From: a virus
Taxonomy: Duplodnaviria > Caudoviricetes
IMG/VR virus record: IMGVR_UViG_3300009514_000035
Coordinates: 1 to 52,571 of that record
DNA length: 52,571 nucleotides
Strand: one strand, 5' to 3'
Shown one piece after another: positions 35,560 to 44,624 of this stretch (positions are counted from its first letter, which is position 1; each line of letters starts with the position of its first letter). Under the pieces are notes generated by a model. The model was not told where the DNA came from, did not search any database, and saw nothing but the letters and a program-made list of their open reading frames with translations. The translations under genes and the position numbers were made by a program.

Positions 35560-37565
35560 CACTTCACCGCTTTTAGCGTCTTGCCGATAGACGCGCCAGC
35601 TGTCAGGTCGACAGAGCCGGCCGGGCCTTCGATGACGTGATGGCCGAACATCTGGTTGACCAGGTCTTTGATTTCTTCTGCGTGGCGTTCGTAGCACTCG
35701 ATGTATAGAGCGTCATGACCGTGCAAGATGATATGCGCGTCAGCCCAACGACGACTCAGCTCGTCTTGAATCTCCACCATGGATTTGCCGACCACGTCGG
35801 AGCCGCATGTCTGGATGCCCCAGTTGGCGACTTCCGTGAACGGAGGCGGCTGTACTGGGAAGTAACGCCGTCGACCGAATGGCGGAGTCTCGAGCCAGCC
35901 CTGCGTCTCTGCGAGGTGGAAGTTCTGGTCATGCCATAAAGGAATTTCGACGTACTTGCCGAAGTACGAATGGTAGATGTGAGCGACCGCTTCGACAGTC
36001 AACGAAGCTCGCAGTGCGGGATCTAAGAACTTCTTCTTGCGAATCGATTTATGGACGGTCTTAACACCGGCTCGATACAGCGAAGCGTACACAGTGGTTT
36101 TAACTGCGTCCCTCAGGCGCTTTCTCACCGCCTTTTCTTTTTTCAGAAAGTCGTCGCCGTAGATGTTGATGGCCGCAAGAGTGTGTGGATCTCCATCCTC
36201 TTTTGCCATCTCCACGAGGAGCTCTCGCACTCCAGCAAATACAGCAGCCAGGCGTAGCTCAAGTTGATCCTTATCGGCGCCGATGAACACGCGACCCTCT
36301 GGTGCTTCGAAGAACTCTCGATCGCCTACGCGTTGGTTCTGCACGTTGGGTTGCGAGGTGAACCTGGAGCCCTTCTGTCCGGTTGGGTTCCACTTTACAT
36401 GGATGCGTCCGTCGGCTTGTTTTGCTCGCCAGTACGCGCCGCCCTTTGGGCCTTTCTTTCCGTGTGGAGGTGGATCGCGATACTGCGTTGCGAACACATG
36501 GTGCCCCTCGACATAGGCAATGAAGTCCTTGACGAACGGGTGCTCCATATGATCGATGATGTCTTCGTACCGAGTCGATGGCTGTTTAGTCTTTTCGGTC
36601 CACGACGTCGGCAGCAGTCCGACATATTTCTTGTCGTACAGGGCGCGCACTGCGTGATTCTTGTTCATGGGATTGAAGTCTTCCCAGTTCAACCACTGTC
36701 GCATACGATGCTTCAGCTCCTCGTTTCTGTTGAGGAGCTTCTCGCCCATCATGCGGCGTTTGTCCCAATTTACGGGGAGACCGACGAGCTCCATGTTGGC
36801 TGCAAGTCGGGCGAAGGCCATCTGGTACGACATCAATTCGTGCGACATGCCACGAGTGAGGATGTCTTCGATCAACAAACGCCTCAACTTGCAAGTGTTC
36901 AAAGCATCCTTGGCGTTGTACACCAGCAGTTCAATCACATCAGAAGTGAAGGCTTGCTTCTCTCCAAGGTGATTCAACTTCCAGGGTTCAACATCCAAAT
37001 ACGTGTGGCCAATCCAGCCGAGGTCATGCGGAATATCAGGTTGCACTAAATGATGGTAGCCTTGCGTGTCCTCGATAGGCCCGTCGATGGTGTAGCCTTT
37101 ATGTGTCAACACAGCGTAGTCGAACGGCGCGTTGTGGTAGACCGTCGACACGCGCTTGCTGATCAGAATCTCTCGCATCTTCTGCGTCAGTGCGAGCTCA
37201 GCGTCCCAAGGCAAGGATTTATGGTTTGCGAGGGTGAATGTGACTGCGGCGTTGTAGCCGTCGTCGCCGGCAAGCGCGATGGAGTACAGCTTGCAGGACA
37301 GGAAGTTGATGCTGGAAGTTTCGATGTCGACTGCAACCGGACAGCCCAAGTTCAGCCAACGGTCCATCCACGCAATGCCTTGCTTGACGGACTCATAAGT
37401 GCCAACAGGATTGGCAGGATGACAGACAATGAGTTTCTCTTCTTGGTTGGGTCCGTCCCATGAGACACGCTTGACTTTGGCGAGATCCATTCGAATGACA
37501 TCGGATATTGGCTTGCCGCCGCGAAGTAGGGCAGCAGGATGCACGCATGGAATTACGTGTGGCAT
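35559..37565 (-). CDS. polA: Family A DNA polymerase with 3'-5' exonuclease, carrying a UDG C-terminal fragment at its N-terminus
   Basis: Exo I VDIETS, Exo II HNAPFD, Exo III YNAKDA; motif A GADKDQLELR, motif B RDAVKTTVYASLY, TPPFGRRRY, motif C HGHDALY; N-terminal VIPCVHPAALLR. Confidence 0.93.
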   Translation of the reverse strand: MPHVIPCVHPAALLRGGKPISDVIRMDLAKVKRVSWDGPNQEEKLIVCHPANPVGTYESVKQGIAWMDRWLNLGCPVAVDIETSSINFLSCKLYSIALAGDDGYNAAVTFTLANHKSLPWDAELALTQKMREILISKRVSTVYHNAPFDYAVLTHKGYTIDGPIEDTQGYHHLVQPDIPHDLGWIGHTYLDVEPWKLNHLGEKQAFTSDVIELLVYNAKDALNTCKLRRLLIEDILTRGMSHELMSYQMAFARLAANMELVGLPVNWDKRRMMGEKLLNRNEELKHRMRQWLNWEDFNPMNKNHAVRALYDKKYVGLLPTSWTEKTKQPSTRYEDIIDHMEHPFVKDFIAYVEGHHVFATQYRDPPPHGKKGPKGGAYWRAKQADGRIHVKWNPTGQKGSRFTSQPNVQNQRVGDREFFEAPEGRVFIGADKDQLELRLAAVFAGVRELLVEMAKEDGDPHTLAAINIYGDDFLKKEKAVRKRLRDAVKTTVYASLYRAGVKTVHKSIRKKKFLDPALRASLTVEAVAHIYHSYFGKYVEIPLWHDQNFHLAETQGWLETPPFGRRRYFPVQPPPFTEVANWGIQTCGSDVVGKSMVEIQDELSRRWADAHIILHGHDALYIECYERHAEEIKDLVNQMFGHHVIEGPAGSVDLTAGASIGKTLKAVK

Positions 37566-37816
37566 TTTGGCTCCGCACGGTCCTGCACGTCACTTTTGCG
37601 GCGCGACAGCAACCAGTCGTGGTAGATTCCCCCGACTGTTTCGATGTAATCGATCGCGTCCATGCATTGCGTGTAGCTATGAAACCTGGCATTGGCCCAA
37701 CCAGCAACGTAGCCAATTGTGCCTGACGAATCTGCAGCGGCAATGCGCCACAAGACTTTCGGCTTGCCGCGAGCATCCTCCCCTTTGGTTTGCACACCGA
37801 CCAGTCTTCGTTCCAT
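37553..37816 (-). CDS. Hypothetical protein inserted between the two UDG halves
   Basis: 87 aa, TAATG-coupled to udg, overlaps the polA start by 13 nt. Confidence 0.6.
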   Translation of the reverse strand: MERRLVGVQTKGEDARGKPKVLWRIAAADSSGTIGYVAGWANARFHSYTQCMDAIDYIETVGGIYHDWLLSRRKSDVQDRAEPKCHT

Positions 37817-38385
37817 TAGACGCCTTTGACCTGCCGCATAGGTGACGACATGGTTCCGTCGATAAGTTTTTTTGCCAACACGCGTAGATCTACGTCAGAG
37901 ATGGAGCCACGGTAGGAGTAAATTTTGGCTTTGGCGATGTCCAATACGCTCCACAAGGCCCAATTACCGAGAGGCACAATGACTACTGGATCGACGGTGA
38001 TGAGCTCGTTGATCAAGCGCCTGCGACATGCCATGGTGGCTGCCGCTTTCACTTGCAACTTGGGGATTATTGCGCCGTTGGCTAGCTTGATCTTTCGTGC
38101 TTTGCACATGGACGCATTGCTCACCCATACATCCTCACGCTTCAGACCGGCATCGGCGCACAACATCCACAGGAGCTGCCCTGATGGCCCAACGAACCCT
38201 CGACCTTCTGCGAGTTCTGTGTCACCAGGCTCTTCGCCGACAAAGGCGACACGAGCCGGCACTGGGCCATCAGGGTAAACTTTAGTGTCGTAGCGCAGAG
38301 GGCAGTTCACGCAGTCAGGATTGGCTAGCAAGCCATGATAGTAATTTCCTGACGGCCTGCCATAGCTAGCGTCTGGGAGCCGCAT
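37816..38385 (-). CDS. udg: Family 4 (Fe-S) uracil-DNA glycosylase, N-terminal part lacking the HPA motif
   Basis: CVNCPL, FVGEEPG..E...GRGFVGPSGQLL, VSNASMCK, ACRRRL..EL...DP.VIVPLG..A, YRG; no HPxxxLR motif before the stop. Confidence 0.88.
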   Translation of the reverse strand: MRLPDASYGRPSGNYYHGLLANPDCVNCPLRYDTKVYPDGPVPARVAFVGEEPGDTELAEGRGFVGPSGQLLWMLCADAGLKREDVWVSNASMCKARKIKLANGAIIPKLQVKAAATMACRRRLINELITVDPVVIVPLGNWALWSVLDIAKAKIYSYRGSISDVDLRVLAKKLIDGTMSSPMRQVKGV

Positions 38386-38388
38386 CGA

Positions 38389-38730
38389 TCAGCTCCTCTT
38401 CCGCGAGTTTGGTCGGCGACACTGGAGGCAGCGCTTAGGTACGATAAGCCCGGCGCCAAACTTTTTTACCAGATTGGCGCGATCTTCATCGGTGAAGACC
38501 CACGGTTTTTTGCAGGCGACGCACGTCCAAGATCGGCTGCGCCGTCTCTTTGGTGGGGAGTGTGCGTTCTTTACGAGTGAAGTGGAGCCGTCGCCTGCTA
38601 CCAGCAATACCACGTCGGCTTCGCTGGCCAAATCCCGTACATCAGGTTTCAATGTGTCGAGACTTTGCACGTCGGCTCCTGGTTCAAAGTCGATGCCCTC
38701 GAAGACCCACAGTGCGGTTCCTCTGTGCAT
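38389..38730 (-). CDS. Protein with a C-terminal zinc ribbon (zf-trcl-like)
   Basis: CVACKKPWVFT.ED.......PKRCLQCR; GGGAG RBS. Confidence 0.7.
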   Translation of the reverse strand: MHRGTALWVFEGIDFEPGADVQSLDTLKPDVRDLASEADVVLLVAGDGSTSLVKNAHSPPKRRRSRSWTCVACKKPWVFTDEDRANLVKKFGAGLIVPKRCLQCRRPNSRKRS

Positions 38731-38764
38731 CGGTTGACTCCCTTGTCGTAGGCAGTCACGTAAT

Positions 38765-38804
38765 AAAAAAACCCGGAGCGAATCATGCTGGTCTTCGCTC
38801 CGGG
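38765..38804 (-). terminator. Rho-independent terminator downstream of the SSB gene
   Basis: Perfect 11-bp stem CCCGGAGCGAA/TTCGCTCCGGG (38772-38782 and 38794-38804) followed on the minus strand by T7. Confidence 0.85.
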
Positions 38805-38843
38805 CAGAGTCGCTACAACGCGACAGCCTCGGTCAACAGACGC

Positions 38844-39596
38844 TTACTGACCGACGGTGCCGGGAGGAGGCGGAGGCGGCGCAGGGATAGCGGCGGCGCC
38901 TGGTGCCGGCGGAGCGGGCATGCCAGCGGTCGGGGGTGCGGCGAATGCCGGTGTCGCCACGGGCGCTGCGACTGCGGGAGGCGCTGCGACTGCGGGAGGC
39001 GCGGCCATGGGGGGTGCGGCCATGGGGGGTGCGGCCGTAACCGGAGCGGCCGGCAGTGCGGGCGCTGCGGGCATCGCCGGAGCGAACGCTGCGGGGGGCG
39101 CGGCGACAGGTTGCAGCAGTGAGGGACTTGCGACGGCTGCCACGGGCGGGGCCACGGCGGCGGGGGCTGCTGGGCCAGCGGTGGCCAACGCTTCATTCCA
39201 CTCGCCAGCGGCGCGCTCGTTGGTGATGTTGGTGTAGTTGTTGTTTCTGACGATGGTGGCCACGTACTGACGACCGATCAGCCAATCAGCTTGAACTTGG
39301 CCACCGGCCGACGCGATGAACTCGTCGGTGATGCCGCAAGAAATGAAGAAGCGCTTCAAGAACGGCGCACCCTTCTCGGTGAGCTGATAGCTGTTGGCGA
39401 TCTTGCGACCCGCCGAACCTGTGTCGGTGCCGGGGCCCATGACGATCTGGCTGGTGACCATCAAGCGCTGACCGACGCCATCGTTGTTGGTGCGGGTTTC
39501 GTGCTTCTCCACCTGCAAGAGGTAGATACCGGGCTTGTAGTCGAAGCCGGTTGCGGCCTGCACGTTGGCGAGATTGACTGGTAGAAAACCTGACAT
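38844..39596 (-). CDS. DUF669-like phage ssDNA-binding protein with a Pro/Ala-rich tail
   Basis: YKPGIYLLQV...GRKI..SY.L...G..FLKRFF..CGI...LIGRQ OB-fold pattern next to a Sak4-like ATPase; AGGAG RBS before ATG 39596. Confidence 0.7.
   Translation of the reverse strand: MSGFLPVNLANVQAATGFDYKPGIYLLQVEKHETRTNNDGVGQRLMVTSQIVMGPGTDTGSAGRKIANSYQLTEKGAPFLKRFFISCGITDEFIASAGGQVQADWLIGRQYVATIVRNNNYTNITNERAAGEWNEALATAGPAAPAAVAPPVAAVASPSLLQPVAAPPAAFAPAMPAAPALPAAPVTAAPPMAAPPMAAPPAVAAPPAVAAPVATPAFAAPPTAGMPAPPAPGAAAIPAPPPPPPGTVGQ
38962..39036. repeat. Short tandem repeats in the SSB tail
   Basis: GGCGCTGCGACTGCGGGA x2 (38962-38997) and GCGGCCATGGGGGGT x2 (39001-39030); both unit lengths preserve the reading frame. 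Confidence 0.85.
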
Positions 39597-39646
39597 GATA
39601 GAAATCTCCTTGGGCGCCTTTACGCCCACGTTGTTGGTGACCGGAT

Positions 39647-40651
39647 TTACGTCCTGTAGACGAAGTTACCGATTCGGTGCAAGACACCATTAAATGTTGG
39701 CAAATCTCCGAAGTGGGGATCGACCAGTTTTCCTTCTGGAAACGCGTTGCCGTACTTGTGCCTGACGATCTTGGTCAGCCAGTTTGGTGACGTGTAGTAC
39801 GTGGGATGCACCATCATTCGACCTATGGCGTTGGGATCTGGTTTCAGGTCCTTGTGTGCATGGATGATCATCTTGCACATGCCAGGTAGTTTGATGTTCA
39901 TCTCGCCCTTGATGTACGGCTGGACGCCCGTGATGCTACTCGAACCCTGCTGGCCATCGGACTCCCTGGTTTCTTTTTCCAGGGCTATCCAGATGACGTT
40001 CAGTTTCGTGTTGTGGAGCTTCATCGCGAGGTCACGAATGTGCATCGCGATTAGGCCCCAATCGCTCATGGTCATGTTGGTCGCCTCGCCTCCGGCCTTT
40101 TCAATCCGCCGACGAATCTTAGGATCGTTGTAGCGGAGGCCCATCAGCTCGGCAATCCACATGTCAACATAGTAGGAGATCGAATCGATCACTACCGTGT
40201 TGACGCCCAATTGCACGTAGTGCGCAGCGAGGAAGTCGACTTTCTCCTTCATCATCTTTGCAGATGTGATGTGATAGGCCGGTGGCGCGTTCACTCCGTA
40301 GATGCTTGGAAGCATCGCGAGAGCGTCATCGCCGCCTTCTGCACCGACACTCAAGAACACAGCCTTGGGCCACTGTCCGGCCCAGGTTGTCTTCCACGTA
40401 CCGACAGAACCGAACAAGAACACCGTCACGCCTTGATTGACGTGCCCTTGGCCAGGGTGGTGCAGGTCGGGGTCGTTGAAGTTTACTGCAGGTGCGACCT
40501 GGGCAGCTGTTTGCACAGCTGTTTCGGCATGCACACCTACCGTCCCACTTTGCACCAACGCTTCTTGTGTGCGCGTCGGTGCTTGATGCACTTGCTCTGG
40601 CTGCGGGGTTGTCGCCACAGGTTGCTGCGGCGGTGGTGGTTGTTGGGTCAT
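39647..40651 (-). CDS. AAA_24 / Sak4-like ATPase (ssDNA-annealing recombinase)
   Basis: FLFGSVGTWKTTWA, TVVIDSIS, DWGLI, NVIWIALEKE; adjacent to the SSB gene. Confidence 0.8.
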   Translation of the reverse strand: MTQQPPPPQQPVATTPQPEQVHQAPTRTQEALVQSGTVGVHAETAVQTAAQVAPAVNFNDPDLHHPGQGHVNQGVTVFLFGSVGTWKTTWAGQWPKAVFLSVGAEGGDDALAMLPSIYGVNAPPAYHITSAKMMKEKVDFLAAHYVQLGVNTVVIDSISYYVDMWIAELMGLRYNDPKIRRRIEKAGGEATNMTMSDWGLIAMHIRDLAMKLHNTKLNVIWIALEKETRESDGQQGSSSITGVQPYIKGEMNIKLPGMCKMIIHAHKDLKPDPNAIGRMMVHPTYYTSPNWLTKIVRHKYGNAFPEGKLVDPHFGDLPTFNGVLHRIGNFVYRT

Positions 40652-40732
40652 TCGTCAGTCTCCGTAGCTTCAGTATTATCAGGGTAGGGGTTTACTCGTT
40701 AAGGGTTCTTGTTTCGGCCGGCGTGGTCCTTT

Positions 40733-42526
40733 CTAGTCCATGGCCATGAGACGTTCGCAGAGCAAGTCCATGTCGAAACCTGAGCGGGCTTTCTCTGGGG
40801 TTAAGTCGTGAACGAGTGATAATCCGGCCGTGTCTCGGTCGGAAATTGAAGCTGCTTTTTCAGCCTTCATGCGCAACTTGTCAATGAATAAATCGTCGAC
40901 AGTTCGGCGCACGACTAAGTAGTAGATATCAACATGGTCTGCGGTGCAGCCGTCGCGGTGCACGCGCTTCTCGGACTGTCGCAGATCGGTGGTGTTCCAA
41001 TGCAAATCGACCATCAATGCGGCGCTCGCCGACGACAGCGTGTTGATCGACGTACCGGCAGAACCCATCGTCGCAACGTAGATGCTGTGCTCGCACTTCG
41101 AGAACTCTTTGGCCAAACGTTTGCGCTCGGCCATCTTCATGTCGCCATCGACTGGGCCAAACACTGTTGGCTTCTTGTCGCCGTAGGCCCAACCTTTGGC
41201 CATCAAATCCACCAGTGCGCTATGAATCCAACGCGAGGTTTCTTTGCGCCAAGTGAAGATCACCAATCGGTTATGCTTCTCGAAGATGGTGCTGACGGCG
41301 CGCAGGGCAGCTGCTCGCTTCATCTTGGACAGGATGCCAATCAATGTGGTCAAGCAGACCAGTTGCACAGCACCTGGTTTCTTGTCCTGCTTCTTCAACT
41401 TGATCGTCGTGGTGCCAATGCTGATGGTCGTCGTCTCTTCCGAGATAGCGCCCTTCATCCCCAAGTAGCCTGTGATGTCTCGCTGCGCATGTGAGTATTC
41501 GTCCAGCAGGTCGTCGTCGACGTCGGCCTCGATCACATGTCGTGCTACTGGCGGCAGCTCATTGGCGACATCTTCTGTGGTGTAGCGCAGGTACGTGCCG
41601 GCAAGTCGCGCTTTGAGCTCGCGATCGTTGGTTTCGCCGTCGTACATCCAGTGGCCGCCCTCCTCGGGTGTGAGGCGGATTCCGCCGCAATAACGAACGC
41701 CAAAGTCGTGCTTGTTCGATCCCCACTGTCGCGGTTGCACTGTGGCAAGTTGATTCCACAGGTCCATGCGCTCATTGGGGATGGCGGTACCGGTTAGTGC
41801 GATACGCCGATCGATAGAGCTGCACAACGCCAACTGGCGGCAGGCCATGGAGCGCTGCGCTTTTTGGTTGATGAGGTAGTGGCTCTCGTCGATGATCATC
41901 CAGGTCGGCTTTAGCGTCGCGAATATCCAGGTCTGCCACGCCTTGAGTATGTCGTAGTGGCAAAAGATCACCGGATACTTTTTCAGTATCTCGACGTCTA
42001 GATTCTTGACGCCTTCGAGCGACATGATGGGCAGACTGTAGTGCACAAGCGCGTCGGCATCGTCATCGCACCACACGCCTTTGGCGATATTTGGTCCGAT
42101 CACCAAGCCCGGTTTTTGCAAATACCCGTCAAGCCACAACGAGTGAAGGGCAGTGATGGTCTTGCCGAGACCGGGGTCAGCTACAAGCATTGCGCCTTCA
42201 CGCTCGCGGTGTAATTGACGAAGAAAAGTGACGGCACGGGCTTCGTACGATCGCAGAACCAAACCGGATGGGGTCTTGTTGTGCGCTTCCTCTTCATAGT
42301 CTTCGAGGTTGGCCGGGTACATGCCCATGTCCTTGACGGACTGTGGCACGTAGTAGCCGGTCTCCAACGCGTTTCTTGCATTTTCGAAGACCCAGGTTCC
42401 GGGGATTCGTTGCAGCATTTGCAACTGATTCTCAGATGGACAAGCTTCTATTTTTGAACGACCCGGCCAACGCGTCGGCGACGACATAATGCATTCAACC
42501 AGCGGATCTGTTGAGCGAGCTTGCAT
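40733..42526 (-). CDS. SNF2-family helicase/ATPase
   Basis: LVADPGLGKT, IIDESHYL, LTGTAIPNE..DLWNQL, DLHWN....QSEKRVHRDG. Confidence 0.9.
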   Translation of the reverse strand: MQARSTDPLVECIMSSPTRWPGRSKIEACPSENQLQMLQRIPGTWVFENARNALETGYYVPQSVKDMGMYPANLEDYEEEAHNKTPSGLVLRSYEARAVTFLRQLHREREGAMLVADPGLGKTITALHSLWLDGYLQKPGLVIGPNIAKGVWCDDDADALVHYSLPIMSLEGVKNLDVEILKKYPVIFCHYDILKAWQTWIFATLKPTWMIIDESHYLINQKAQRSMACRQLALCSSIDRRIALTGTAIPNERMDLWNQLATVQPRQWGSNKHDFGVRYCGGIRLTPEEGGHWMYDGETNDRELKARLAGTYLRYTTEDVANELPPVARHVIEADVDDDLLDEYSHAQRDITGYLGMKGAISEETTTISIGTTTIKLKKQDKKPGAVQLVCLTTLIGILSKMKRAAALRAVSTIFEKHNRLVIFTWRKETSRWIHSALVDLMAKGWAYGDKKPTVFGPVDGDMKMAERKRLAKEFSKCEHSIYVATMGSAGTSINTLSSASAALMVDLHWNTTDLRQSEKRVHRDGCTADHVDIYYLVVRRTVDDLFIDKLRMKAEKAASISDRDTAGLSLVHDLTPEKARSGFDMDLLCERLMAMD

Positions 42527-42534
42527 CGACGAAA

Positions 42535-42563
42535 CAATTACCCTCTGCCGGAGAACCTGTCAA
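42535..42563 (-). promoter_or_regulatory. Candidate sigma70-like promoter for the SNF2 gene
   Basis: Perfect TTGACA -35 with a weak -10 (GGTAAT/TAATTG) just upstream of the ATG at 42526, in a divergent intergenic region. Confidence 0.35.
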
Positions 42564-42720
42564 CAACTAAATTACAACAACGCGACATGTCTAGCTAAAT
42601 CACCGACACTCGCAATATTCTCACAAAAAAGTTGGAACTACGGACACACAATGTTACAAGCGTTGGTGCACGCGTCGCTCCATATTCATAAGCGCGACCA
42701 CTTCACTTTTTGAGAGCGAA

Positions 42721-43932
42721 ATGAACCAACGCCCACGTCATCAAATCTACTCGGTCAGGGATTTGCTGGCCCTGAAGGACGACCCCGATAGGTGGATAGT
42801 TGAAAACATGATACCCACTTCTGGCCGAACTCTAGTATTCGGCCAGGGCGGCACTTTCAAGTCAACTATTATCTTCGATCTCTGCGTCGCCATCGCTTCT
42901 GAGGGCCTACTGCTGCGACAATTCTCAGTAAACAAGTATGGTCCGGTGTTGCTGAATTCCACCGAAGGAAGCATCTTCGATAACCGCGATAGAATTCTCA
43001 CGCATGCTCGCGCGCATGGCATCAATCCTGCCGACATGCCGCTGTACTTTTGCCAGCAACCATTCTGTTTGGACGACGCCGTCGACATCGAGTTGCTCGA
43101 AGGCTACATAAAGCAGCTCAAGCCTATAATGGTGGTTTTGGACCCTCTGGACTCATTCTTCTCGGGAGACGAGAACTCGTCCAAAGAGACAAAACTGCTG
43201 CGTCGCGCCATCGATATGTTGATCGACAAATACCGCGTGTCGTTCATCCTCATCCATCACGAGTCGAAGAATACCAAGGGCGGCTCGACGCCTCGTGGTA
43301 GCACGGCCTGGTACGGTTGGGCCGATGCCGTCCTGCACGTCAAGGTGGAGCACAAGAAGGTCGGCTTGCCTGAGAAAATGAAAGTCGTGTCGGTAGAATC
43401 GCAGAAGCAGCGCAATGGTAAGAGCGGCCACATATTTTCTGGTGTGCCTTTTATTGATGAGCAGCTGAAGCAGATGACGTTCAACTTTTACGACGGCACT
43501 GACGCGTCAGGTATCGCACTCACCTATTGGAAGCAGCAGTGCTACAAAGTCCTATGCGGTAGCTTAGTGCCGATGACCAACACCATGATCGCCGAACAGT
43601 TATCGATCAAGGCAGAGAAAATATCTGGCGCACTCAGCGCGCTGCAAGCAGATGGTATTGCCACCAAGGATGCGTTTGTGAATCGGGCAACCAACGCCGA
43701 TGGCACTCGGTCGCGAGCCGTGGCTGCGTGGCGACCGCTGAAGAAGGTAAGCCTTGTCGACCTAGCAGAATTCATGGTAAAAACGGAGGCAACAATGGAG
43801 GAGGAGCAGGATGCAGAGCTGTCCATCACTCCCATGATTCCAGAACCTGTGATAGCGGAGCCTCCAGGTGGTAACCAACCCGACACACGTCTCCTTCTCC
43901 CAGCTGGAGTTCCACCGAGACCCCCAGTTTAG
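42721..43932 (+). CDS. RepA/AAA_25-family RecA-like replicative helicase with a C-terminal winged helix
   Basis: WIVENMIP, FGQGGTFKST, STEGS, VVLDPL, GDENSS, ILIHHESK, PRGSTAW, KQRNG. Confidence 0.85.
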   Translation: MNQRPRHQIYSVRDLLALKDDPDRWIVENMIPTSGRTLVFGQGGTFKSTIIFDLCVAIASEGLLLRQFSVNKYGPVLLNSTEGSIFDNRDRILTHARAHGINPADMPLYFCQQPFCLDDAVDIELLEGYIKQLKPIMVVLDPLDSFFSGDENSSKETKLLRRAIDMLIDKYRVSFILIHHESKNTKGGSTPRGSTAWYGWADAVLHVKVEHKKVGLPEKMKVVSVESQKQRNGKSGHIFSGVPFIDEQLKQMTFNFYDGTDASGIALTYWKQQCYKVLCGSLVPMTNTMIAEQLSIKAEKISGALSALQADGIATKDAFVNRATNADGTRSRAVAAWRPLKKVSLVDLAEFMVKTEATMEEEQDAELSITPMIPEPVIAEPPGGNQPDTRLLLPAGVPPRPPV

Positions 43933-44137
43933 GCTCTTCTGCGCTCAATCTATCGAAAATCTTCGGGTGAAGTACACGCTGCCGGCCGACCTCATGGAGT
44001 GTCTTGCAGTTCAAGTCGCGCCAGGAATCCCTTTGGCCAAACTCTTGCTCGAGGCATACGACGACCAAATAGGCCTGCCGCAATGGCATCGTGCACGTCA
44101 GCTGCGCCGAGCGTATGAAGCAGGCGCGAGTAAGTAG
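43868..44137 (+). CDS. Hypothetical protein
   Basis: 89 aa, protein-like composition, GGAG upstream; overlaps both neighbours. Confidence 0.4.
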   Translation: MVTNPTHVSFSQLEFHRDPQFRLFCAQSIENLRVKYTLPADLMECLAVQVAPGIPLAKLLLEAYDDQIGLPQWHRARQLRRAYEAGASK

Positions 44138-44459
44138 CGACGACCTCGGCCAGATCGGCCGGCGGCACGCCCTGCAGGTTGTTCTTCAGGCTTTTTTGGC
44201 CGAGTGCCACGCACTGCTCTAGCCACGCCATCGAGTCGCGGTAGGGCGCATCAGACACTTCCATGAAGGCCCACACCAGCAGACGTCGAGCCTTCGTCAG
44301 GTTGGGACCAGACCGTCCTTTGTGCCGAAGCAAATCTATGTGGGAGATTTTCAAGTGCGTCGACACGGCGAGGACCAGTGCGGCCCACCCTTTCATGGCG
44401 GTCAGGATGTTCAGTGGCGGCGGGCGAAAGCACGGCACTGGCTGTTTTTCTTTACACAT
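43992..44459 (-). CDS. DnaA domain IV / TrpR-like HTH protein
   Basis: LVLAVSTHLKISHIDLL...R....LTKARRLLVW resembles the DnaA C-terminal pattern; GAGGA RBS. Confidence 0.5.
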   Translation of the reverse strand: MCKEKQPVPCFRPPPLNILTAMKGWAALVLAVSTHLKISHIDLLRHKGRSGPNLTKARRLLVWAFMEVSDAPYRDSMAWLEQCVALGQKSLKNNLQGVPPADLAEVVATYSRLLHTLGAADVHDAIAAGLFGRRMPRARVWPKGFLARLELQDTP

Positions 44460-44487
44460 CCGATTCCTCTATACAAAGAGAGTGAAA

Positions 44488-44545
44488 TTTTGGGATTTGT
44501 AAGGATTATTCGCGGGGATTGCTGAATGATTACGCATACGTGTTA
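44488..44545. repeat. Left copy of a 58-bp inverted repeat
   Basis: Its reverse complement matches 50985-51042 at 49/58 positions without gaps (hand alignment). Confidence 0.88.
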
Positions 44546-44624
44546 TCCATTGGTTCCACCGGGAGTAATCTGGTTTATTTCCCTTGCAATTCCTCAATGA
44601 TTTCATACTCATGGTTATCGATAA

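Noticed and set aside
37553-37830. Group I intron, intein or sequencing frameshift between udg and polA
   Set aside because: No recognisable intron core or intein termini; the insert is a coupled ORF and polA has its own RBS. Not formally excluded without reads or RT-PCR.
38813-39237. Alternative-frame Pro/Arg-rich and Gly/Ala-rich ORFs
   Set aside because: By-products of the low-complexity SSB tail.
18965-40686. Shared 11-mer TACCCTGATAA at 18965-18975 (+) and 40676-40686 (-)
   Set aside because: A single 11-nt match is compatible with chance and the flanks do not align.
42585-42630. Possible third degenerate copy of the 58-bp repeat
   Set aside because: Only short gapped matches (AAATCA...CGC...ACAAA); too weak to support.
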